Assembly: GCA_964019335.1 (NCBI GenBank)
Contig: OZ025727.1
Location: 186,001-250,000 of the forward strand
Reading direction: 5' to 3'
Length of the DNA: 64,000 nt
From: Diplonema japonicum
Taxonomy: Eukaryota > Protista > Euglenozoa: Diplonemea
The stretch's first letter is position 1. Every line of letters begins with the position of its first letter. Below the pieces are notes generated by a model. The model made no database searches. It was not told where the DNA came from and was given only the letters and a program-made list of their open reading frames with translations. The position numbers were made by a program, and so were the translations under genes. This document shows, one piece after another, positions 23,164 through 32,043 of the stretch.

Positions 23164-23202
23164 AAAGGGCGCCGCCAACACCGGCCTCCTTTAACTCATA
23201 TA
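23164..23202 (+). mobile_element. Extremely 5'-truncated LINE family B 3' end (hairpin plus tail)
   Basis: AAAGGGCGCCGCCAACACCGGCCTCCTTTAACTCATATA flanked by TTTTTTTC on both sides (probable TSD). Matches 25626-25657. Confidence 0.7.
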
Positions 23203-23509
23203 TTTTTTTCTTCTTCTTGCTTCTCGCACTTCTTTGCTCGGGTGAAAAACCAAAACGTTGTCGTCACAGGCCTCCACTCCAACACAACCTCCTTTCTCTT
23301 ATTTTCATCAAGGACGGGGTTGATGGACAAGAGGCAGAGGTACCACACAAAAGCAAGGCACAGCACTCTCCGTAGCACGAACGTCCTAAACCAGTCTTTC
23401 TGCACTTGCCTTTTAGTTTTACTTCCCTTTGGTCGGTGACTAAGGAAGAAAAGCTTTCTTTTTTGAAGAAGAGGAGAAAAAAAAGGGGGGGGGGGGAGGG
23501 AGGAATAAC

Positions 23510-24726
23510 ATGAGCGTTTTCAGCATCTTCGTAACGACACCTGCGAATGAGAAGCTCGATGTGGAGGTGGCTGGCAGTGACACAGTGAGGGCTTGTACAG
23601 GAGGGTCTCGTCCGCCTTTGGGTGTGGCGAATCAACATTTCTTCTGAGATTTGATCTGGACCGCGGATTGCACTGACCTGGTGCAGGATCTCGATCTTGA
23701 TGATGGGGTGCAAGGTGGAGATGCCGCTGAGCAAAGCGATGGTGGTGAAGGAAAACCAGTTGAGCTTGAAGAGCACCGACATCGACGTTCGTTTGACGAT
23801 GGACCCCAACCTCGTCCTTGTGGTGGAGGCAGAGACAACGAACCTAGATGTGTTGAGGGGCAACATGTTTCATCCGGAACTTCGACATCTCCGTGTCATC
23901 GACCCCAATGGGGTCGTAGACGTCATCGTTGCTGCTTTCCTGAAAAGGAACAAGAATTTTGAGACGGTAGATCTCTCTTCTTTGAGGTTTGTGAACACAA
24001 TTGAGCGTAACTTCCTCATCGGCTCTCCATCCCTGCGATTTGTGCAGCTCCCCCCTTTGGTACAAAATGTTGAGGGTTGCTTTCTGATGGGGTGCAGGTC
24101 TCTGTCAGAGGTGGATCTCACACCGCTTTACTAGCATCGAGTCTAGTTTAATATGTGGCTTCTTGTCTGGATGCGCTTCCCTTCAGGCTGTCGATCTTAC
24201 ACCGCTTTCTAACATCACCAGCGTCAAGGATTACTTCTTGTGTGGGTGCACCTCCCTTCAGACTGTCGATCTCACACCGCTTTCCAATGTCACCAGCATC
24301 GGCAGTGGCTTGTTGTCTGGGTGCACCTCCCTTCAGGCGATTGATCTCACACCGCTTTCCAATATCACCAGAGTCGGCTGTGGCTTCTTGGGTGGGTGCA
24401 CATCGCTTCAGGCGGTCGATGTAACACCGCTTCCCAATATCACCAGTATCGGGAGTGGCTTCTTGTCTGGGTGCGCCTCCATTCAGGCTGTTGATCTCAC
24501 ACCGCTTGCTCTAGACCCACTCGCTGCAGGCGATTGATCTCCTACCGCTTTCTAACATCACCTGGATCGGCTGTAACTTCTTAAGTGGAAACACGTCGAT
24601 CTCACACCGTTTGCAAACATCGGCCTCGGCGATAGATTCTTGTTAGATTGTACCTCCCTTCAGGCAATCAAAGCCAACGACAGCATGCGTCTCCCGAGGA
24701 GTTGGAAATACTTCGGGTTGATTTGA
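23510..24726 (+). pseudogene. Ubiquitin-like domain plus BspA-type LRR pseudogene
   Basis: MSVFSIFVTTPANEKLDVEVAGSDTV (Ubl start). 25-aa/75-nt repeats DLTPLSNITSIGSGFLSGCTSLQAV. Frameshifts near 23590, 24130 and 24520. Confidence 0.8.
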
Positions 24727-24819
24727 GGCTGTCATTTCTTCGAAGGACCTTTTCACATTTCACAGGATAAGCAAGCCGATCAAAGTTCCCAAGATCAAAA
24801 TGGGAGTGAGTTTCTTCCT

Positions 24820-24945
24820 TCTTAAGGAAACGTTTCCGTTTTTCATATTTTTTCAAAAAAAGAAAGCTTGGAAACGCGGGGCGGCTGTGTTGACAAAGAC
24901 GGGTTCCGTTTCCGCGTTGCCGTTTCCTTATTTCTTTTCAGATAT
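24820..24945. repeat. Remnant of the GGAAACGTTTCC-rich MITE seen at 28677-28896
   Basis: TAAGGAAACGTTTCCGTTT, GCTTGGAAAC and CCGTTTCCTT...TTTTCAGATA blocks are shared with 28677-28896. Confidence 0.6.
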
Positions 24946-25143
24946 TGACCCTAAGCTCTAGCCTAATGGGGGTTTTAAATATGCAGTACTTCTATTTTAC
25001 GTTTCGGCTGTTACGTTTCTTCTTTCTTTCTTTCGTCCCTTGATCCGATACATATTTGTTATTTCTCTTTTTATTTGTACAGGGCAAAGGTATGCCTTTC
25101 ACAGGTGGGGGGGAGGAGGGGAGGGGAGGGGGAGAAAAAGAAA

Positions 25144-28100
25144 ATGCCCCCGGACGAACCACGAACCGCGGTGACCATCCCCACAAGGTTGTTGATATTG
25201 ACGTCAGCGATTGTATGTTTTATTGCAATTTTAAAATTTTCGAACTTTCTCCAGCTCTCCACCTTTGTCTCTGTCATAGCTGGGGTATTCTTGTACTTGG
25301 AGTCACTTGACGTTCTAAAAGACACCGTCGCAGAGTCAAGCGAAGCCACTGTGAAACATGTCAGACTGTATGAGATTTTCTTTTTTTTTTTTTTTTAAAA
25401 AGGTGATGGGGATAACATGGAAATATAAGAAGTACATCAGATGTGTGTTAAGTTGTTCGCTGTAAACCTTCACGTCGGTCATCACCGGTAGCGCCCGAGT
25501 GGGAGAACGTATTGCAGATGCTCAGGATTACGAAGCAGCAAACTGAGAGCAGAATCTTGGTTACCCGGGTCGCACTGTACACCGCACGCATTAAGGACAC
25601 GGCCTCGGTGCGCCAGTTCTTGTGCAGGGCGCCGCCAACACCGGCCTCCTTTAACTCTTACATATTTTCTTTAAAATTAAATTAAGCCCGTACACCCCAA
25701 CCCATAGGCGTTTGCGAGACCAGTTGAAAGGCTACCAAGACGAGGTGAAGTCTATGAAACTGTTCTTCGGCCGCTACGAATTCTCAAACAGCTCCCAGTA
25801 CGCAACAGAAAGCCGCTCCCAAGACACAGACAACCTCCTCCCGAAGACGAAAACCATCGCTTCTTACAATACCAAAAAACAACAGGGAAACCTGCGAGAC
25901 GCCTGCCAACTTTTCAACGCCGCCACCTTTGCCCGGCTAAAGGCGTCGGGCGGCTACGGAAGCCATTTAATCATCGTAAAGAACCCCACCCGTTGGAAGT
26001 GTTTGAACGCAACTATCTACGGCGACTGGGAAAACCCCGACTGCAGCGACGACTACACATGGAGCTACCCCACCGACACAAGCTACTGCGACAGTTCAAT
26101 TTACTACGACCCGGTAGTCGACTCCAAGGGAGCTCCAAACAAGGTCTGGGTCAAATCCGAGAAATTCTTAGGTGACGGAACCGGTAAGTACTATGAAGAA
26201 TGGCTCTCTCTCAATAACGAGACAGGCATGCCAACGTTCAACTTGACAGACTGGGCCGGCTCCTCCGACTTCCGGTGGCGAATCCAAGGCGTCCTTAGAC
26301 GGGACTACGAGAACGGGAGCTGGGACGACCCGTATCTGTGGACAGGAGTGAACGACGTTCCTTATATATACTCCATGTACGGTGAGACGATCTCCCCGAA
26401 GGGCTTCCCGTTCACTGTTTTCTTCGGGCAGTACTTCTTGATACGCCCCTGGTCTCATCTCATATTAGAATACAAGACTGATACAACGCAAATTGTAATA
26501 TTCAACAATGAAACCCGGCAAATATTCGCCCACACCTTGTACACACTATCCGCGGGACCCCCTATCGCCCCGCGGTGCTATGGGATGTCATGGGCAAGCA
26601 CTCGAACCGGCGCAGATTGCATATTAAACACAACGGACCTCGGAGTGACCGTGGATTTCGCTTGCTCGAATTTCAAAATCGACGTTATGGAAACACGGAA
26701 TCTCCCGGGGTCCGCATTCACCTTTTTAAACATCGACACCGGTCGGAATCAAACGATATCGCTAGACGGCGAAGAGTACTTCACAAGGGTAAGCTACATA
26801 TCCTCCGCGGGGCAACAAATGCGAATGTACGCCGCTTGGTTAAAACCCGTGTCGTCTGTGTCCGAACGGGTCTACGACGCCTTTGTGAAGTTGATCCTGA
26901 CGTCCGTCGCTATTCTGGGTATTGATCTGGTCCTGGCAGTCGTAGAATACCTTTTGATAGCAAAGCCGATAACATACTTAGCAGAAGGTATGTCGCACCT
27001 CATGCGCCTTGACATGGCCAGCGTTACCGTCTCAATCCGACAAGCGAAGTCGGTCGTTATGATCAAAGAGGTGTCCAACCTCATCAAAGGCCTTGAATTT
27101 GCACACACCGCAATCACCGAATACAAAACGTACATCCCGGAAACCGTTTTGGAAGAAGACGCGCCTTCTGAAATGGAACACTATGACATCGAAGCACCTG
27201 GTGTCCCCATGAAGGACGCGGAGTCGAATCAAGCAAACGTTGCCATCGTGTTCACCGACATCGTTGACTCCACCGGGATATGGGACGAAGCCCCGGAGGC
27301 CATGCGCGTAGCGTTGAAAATGCACAATAGCGTCATGAGGCAGTGTATTGGTTTGTTCAAAGGGTACGAGGTGAAGACCATCGGTGACGCCTTCATGGTT
27401 GCCTTTCCAGACATCACGTCCGCTGTAAACTTCGGTCTGGCCGTTCAAACAAAGCTTCACATCTCCCTGTGGCCGGACACTCTGTACACTGTACCCAGCG
27501 CATCAAATGGCCTCAACGTCAGAATCGGGATCCACTACGGGCCGGTACAGGTCGAGGCAAACCCTGTCACGTCTCGATACGATTACTTCGGTGGGAATGT
27601 CAACACTGCAGCGAGGCTGGAGTCAATCGCACAACGAGGCACCATCGCCATGACGGGGCCTACATTCTCGGTACTGGGCAAATCGGACACCACCATACTG
27701 GACCACGGTTCGAAAAACATAGGAGACAGGATTTTGAAAGGCTTGTCATCGCCGACAAGCGTGACTTTAATAACACCGTTGCACCTGAGGGCCAGGCTGG
27801 ACGACAATACCCAGCACAACCCGTTGGTTCGGCAGTCGATCGACTCACAAGGAACGTCCACTGTGTCTGTGAAATCATCCTCGACAACGGCAAGCATTGC
27901 GGACCTCAGCACCACGTCGTCCTGTAGCATAGCCTGGATTGGTGTCAACCACAAGGCCAACTCCCTCTCGTTGCTGAACTACACACTTTCGTTGGTGTTG
28001 AACTGCGTGGACAGATGCGAAGGAAGGGTTCAAAGTGTGGTGTCGTCGTCAGTGGTGGTCGGCTGGAACATACAAAAACGTCTTGCTTCCCACATGACAC

Positions 28101-28504
28101 CTGCGTTCCACTGCACCACCCTCATTTTTGCCAAGCGTGGCCCTGATGATATTAGTATAGGTTTATCGACGGGAGCGTGCTTGTTCGGCAGTGTAGGATC
28201 CTCTGAGCGAAGGTTCGTCATTGGAGCAGGGCCGTGTGTTCACCTTGCGTACTTCCTCGCGCTGACAGCTTGTGAGACGAGGATTTCTGTTCTTTATGCA
28301 GCGTTGCCTACCCATCGTTCTGCGAAGGACGATCCTTATCTGGAAAGCCGTTTGATGTACTTAGGTGATTGGGAGATTTTGTCGCAGCCGACAGCTGTGT
28401 ATCAGATATCTACTACCGGTCGTGACGACACCATCGGTGGCCAGGTGATGGGTGATGGGTCCGTCTTTCCCATGAGGCCTGCGTGTAGTTGTCCTGTGTT
28501 TTGA
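25144..28504 (+). CDS. Receptor adenylate cyclase (TM, large extracellular sensor, TM, HAMP-like linker, cyclase, degenerate cyclase); join(25144..25212,25255..25367,25708..28504)
   Basis: Motifs FTDIVDST, YEVKTIGDAFMV, VRIGIHYG, YDYFGGNVNTAARLE. The upstream exons supply TM1. The GT-AG intron at 25368-25707 is phase-compatible (CT|G = Leu). Confidence 0.88.
25213..25254 (+). other. Probable 42-nt in-frame intron
   Basis: GTATGT...TTTCTCCAG. Removal yields a clean TM helix, LLILTSAILSTFVSVIAGVFLYL. Confidence 0.65.
25368..25707 (+). other. 340-nt intron containing a LINE family B remnant
   Basis: GTATGA...CCCATAG. The phase matches the flanking ORFs. Confidence 0.8.
25401..25664 (+). mobile_element. 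5'-truncated degenerate LINE family B (or SINE) with 3' hairpin
   Basis: The body matches 9186-9400. The end GGGCGCCGCCAACACCGGCCTCCTTTAACTC matches 23164 and shares CCTTTAACTC with LINE A. Inserted after a T-tract. Confidence 0.7.
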
Positions 28505-28676
28505 TTTTTAAAATTACGAGAGGGTTTTCCAACCCCCCCCCCCCCTCCCCCCTTTCCATTATTTGCAGATGCTCAGAGTGCACGAAATAGAATTTTTTTT
28601 TGGTTCGCTACTCTACTGACCTTCTTTTTTAAGTTATTTTTTTTCTTTCCCTCCCCCCCCCCCCCCCCCCCCAACA

Positions 28677-28896
28677 GGGCTATGCTTGGCAAGAAACGGG
28701 GAAACGTTTCCGTTTCCGTTTCCTTTATTTTTCAGATACTTAAGGAAACGCGTTTCCTTTTTCAGAGGAAACGTGTTCCCTTCTTAGAGGAAACTGGCCC
28801 CAAAAAGTAAGGAAACGTTTCCGTTTCCTTATTTTCAAAAAAGAAAAAAAGAAAAAAAAAATGCTTGGAAACCTCGTTTCCTTGCCAGCATAGCCC
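28677..28896. mobile_element. MITE (220 bp) with ~22-bp TIRs and internal GGAAACGTTTCC palindromes
   Basis: GGGCTATGCTTGGCAAGAAACG ... CGTTTCCTTGCCAGCATAGCCC. Confidence 0.75.
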
Positions 28897-28898
28897 AA

Positions 28899-29300
28899 GG
28901 GGGGGTCACATGGTCCATAAACCGTAAAAACGTGGTAAACGTGGGGGGAAAAAAAGTTTTTAGAAATCTTTCTCTAAATTAACCAAAAAGGAATCAAAAT
29001 TTCGCCGGATGAGGGCATTTCTGAGCAGTTGTTAATGCTTTATTTGTATTTTTGAAAACAGTGACCACGGTTTGGTACTTGAAATCTTTGTAGAAGAAAC
29101 AAACGTACCATCCTAACCTCGGGAAAATGATAGATATTCATCAGAAATGCCGCGCAAAACACAGAAAAGTTCACAATCGGACTACAAGACTGTCCTCCGC
29201 CGTTCGAACGGTAGCGGCGTCCTAAAGGGCCGCGTCAAAGGGAGGTATGTACCAAGTCAATTTGAAAAACCCACTTTACCACTTACCATGTGACCCCCCC
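28899..29300. mobile_element. MITE (~400 bp) with perfect 16-bp G-rich TIRs
   Basis: GGGGGGGTCACATGGT ... ACCATGTGACCCCCCC. Confidence 0.7.
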
Positions 29301-29726
29301 CCGCTCCCTGATTTTGTTGCAAGCATTTCTTTTAAAAAAGTAAATTTCTTGTGGTATGCTCTGTTATCATGAAAGCTCAAGAAAAATATAATAATAAAAA
29401 AAAGAACTTTGAAAGCACGTTTGTTATGGATAGACTTTATCTCCCGCCCCCCCTCTTCCCCCCCCCTTTTTTTTTATAAGGTTCTTTTTGTTTTGTTTTT
29501 TTTTTTTGGCATTGAATTCTGTAATTCAGCATGCAGAAAAAAGCCACGCGACAGAAGGGATCCCCAGCCCACAGGTGGTTGGTAGTAAAACAGCTATTTT
29601 ATCTTCTCTCTCTCTCCCCCTCCCCCTCCCCCCCTGCAGCATAACATTTTGCGTTTCATAGGAATCTTTTCTCTATTCTTTTAGCACTAACAGTTCTTTT
29701 TCAAAGTCTGTACCTCTTGTTCCAGC

Positions 29727-29765
<39 letters not shown>

Positions 29766-29889
29766 AAACCGCTAAGATAGTCGCAGTCTTCTGCCCACGC
29801 ATCTATTTTTTTCAAAGGTGTTTTGCGCCTTCTTCTGTGCTTTGAGCCGTCTAGCCAAAATTCCTCCTTTGTTGTTCTTTTTTTTTACG

Positions 29890-29985
29890 CAGTTAGCAAC
29901 GCCCTCAATGGAGAGTACCTCATCCATAAGATCTAACAAAGTGGTTGCACCAGGTAGCCTCTCCGCGGTTTTGTGCCAGTGAAGC
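29890..29985. repeat. Copy of the 16056 dispersed repeat
   Basis: CAGTTAGCAACGCCCTCAATGGAGAGT...CCGCGGTTTTGTGCCAGTGAAGC. Confidence 0.75.
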
Positions 29986-30069
29986 AAATGCCCGGGGGTT
30001 TTTCTTTCTTGGAAAACACTACCCCCCCCCAGCCTCCATCCTTTTAAAGAAAAAAAAAAATACAAAAAA

Positions 30070-31902
30070 ATGCCAGATGCCCCTTTCGGCCCCATGACAG
30101 AGTTCATAGTGGATATATTGCGCAAGAACTGCGCGAAAGATGAAGACGCCGAGGCAAAGGTACGAAAGAGCAATGTTCTGACAAAGTACGAAGGCTTGAG
30201 AAAAGAGGTGACGGGGGAGGCGGGGGTGAAGCGATTTGACGCGATGCTGGGCTCCTTGAAGACCGTGTTTATCGACCAGAAGAAAGAGGTGGAGGGGGAC
30301 AACATAGCAGGCAACATCACATTGATGAGGCACTTCTTCAAAGACCTGGCCGCTGACGTGGAAAATGGACGGTTCAAAGGAAACGGATCTGCAAAGCATC
30401 TATACGATAAATACGTAAGCCCGCAGACAGCACGGTACAAAATCGAGAAGCTAACCGAAATGCCAGGTCGGGATCAACGACCAAACACAAGCACACCCGC
30501 AGACCCCGTGTCGGAGAAGTTTCAGTTGACCGCCCGCGAAGCCCTGTTCAAAAAGAAAAAGCGCAACACAAAACAAGACACAAAGGCAATCAACACATTT
30601 GTCAAATCTTTCGTATCTCTCGACGCAGCCGTGTGGAAACAAATACAAGCCATCGCAAGAGATAATTCGCTTAGCCCAACCCAGTGCACCGAAGCACTGA
30701 TCGATTCTGTAATTCACGACGATGATAGCCCTTGGAGGGAGTTCTACCAACAAATGGGCAACTACAAAGCTATGTACGACGAGCTTCAAGAAACAACCGC
30801 TTCCCTTGCCGAGCTCACCACCGAGGTCATCACACTGCGCGAGACGAACATTCTCAACCAAGCCTTTTTGACAGGCGACCTCGCACAGGGCCTCGTCGAC
30901 GAGATTGCCGAGCTCAAGGACGCAGAACAGAAGGAACGCTTCAAGGTGAAGGAGGCAATGGTTATGCTTGAAAAGCTCGAGGAGGAGAAAACCGAACTAC
31001 AAGCGGAGTCGAAGAAGGTCGTGACGCACTTAACAGAGGCACAGAACCTCATTAAAAAGCTGCAGATGACTGCTGCTGAAATCGCATCTGTACCAGAAGT
31101 GCATGGCAAACGAGCCGCGCAAATCATGATGAAGATAGACAAAGTACACCTTGCTATCGAACCCGATTCAGGCGCACCATCAGCGAAGCGGTGCTGCGCG
31201 TGTCTTCTTGTTGCGACGTTGTCCCCCTTCTGTCCTGCAACTGGGGGACGGCACGACGAATCTGGATCGTACCCTGAACCTATTGTCGCACCTATTGCAC
31301 CATCCTCTCCGAAGCACTCTGTCGGGGGGAAAACAGGCAAGAAGCGGGTCAAGGAACCACCTTCGTTAAAAACCGACTACCCTTTACTGTGTATTGTGCT
31401 GTCTGCTTGCGTTGCGCATTGGTCCAGCGGTGTTCCCTGTGAATGCGGTAACACGGTCATGAACAAACCCCCTCCGCCGCCTCTAACCCCGAACCGGAGA
31501 AAAACGAAATCGCTTCTGAAGCATATATCAGGAAGCTTGCTTCCTGACATAAGAAGTAAGAAGAAAAAGGTCGGTAGCTGGAGTGGGGGTGAAAAACCTC
31601 ACCCTTTACGTGCCTTTCTCAGCGAGTACGTGGAATCACTGGTGTCCTACGGGAAGGAGAAGCCCTCCTTGAGGCAGGCGCCTTTCCCCGAAAACAGCGA
31701 CACGCAGGGTCTTGTAGCAGGGTTTGAGAAGGCTGTCCTTGAGCTGCTGAAGCATATGAACGACTTGCCTGATGTGCCGACCATCGATTTCTCACCTATG
31801 CCGCCCAGCAGGTCAAGGTCTACGGGATCGGAAATGGTGGTTCCTCATCTACCGGAGCACAAACAGCTGAAGAAGAAACGGGGTTCGAAGACAAAGAAGT
31901 AG
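30070..31902 (+). CDS. Hypothetical coiled-coil protein with short Cys/His motifs
   Basis: 610-aa ORF after A-tract, with central coiled coil and CCAC...CPATGGRH. Confidence 0.8.
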   Translation: MPDAPFGPMTEFIVDILRKNCAKDEDAEAKVRKSNVLTKYEGLRKEVTGEAGVKRFDAMLGSLKTVFIDQKKEVEGDNIAGNITLMRHFFKDLAADVENGRFKGNGSAKHLYDKYVSPQTARYKIEKLTEMPGRDQRPNTSTPADPVSEKFQLTAREALFKKKKRNTKQDTKAINTFVKSFVSLDAAVWKQIQAIARDNSLSPTQCTEALIDSVIHDDDSPWREFYQQMGNYKAMYDELQETTASLAELTTEVITLRETNILNQAFLTGDLAQGLVDEIAELKDAEQKERFKVKEAMVMLEKLEEEKTELQAESKKVVTHLTEAQNLIKKLQMTAAEIASVPEVHGKRAAQIMMKIDKVHLAIEPDSGAPSAKRCCACLLVATLSPFCPATGGRHDESGSYPEPIVAPIAPSSPKHSVGGKTGKKRVKEPPSLKTDYPLLCIVLSACVAHWSSGVPCECGNTVMNKPPPPPLTPNRRKTKSLLKHISGSLLPDIRSKKKKVGSWSGGEKPHPLRAFLSEYVESLVSYGKEKPSLRQAPFPENSDTQGLVAGFEKAVLELLKHMNDLPDVPTIDFSPMPPSRSRSTGSEMVVPHLPEHKQLKKKRGSKTKK

Positions 31903-32043
31903 GATTTACATTTTACTGCCCCCATCTCCCCCCCCCCCCACCCCACCCCGTTTTTTTTTATTTTCAGAACAATTGATTCGGCTTTTAGAAGGAAAAAAAA
32001 AAAAAAAAACAAAAGAAAAAGGAGGGAAATAAAAAAAAAAAAT

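Noticed and set aside
24125-24150. In-frame TAG codons in the LRR gene (and TAG/TGA in the LINE at 60693 and 61136) as possible stop-codon reassignment
   Set aside because: They co-occur with frameshifts in decayed sequences, and intact genes terminate at TAA, TAG and TGA normally.
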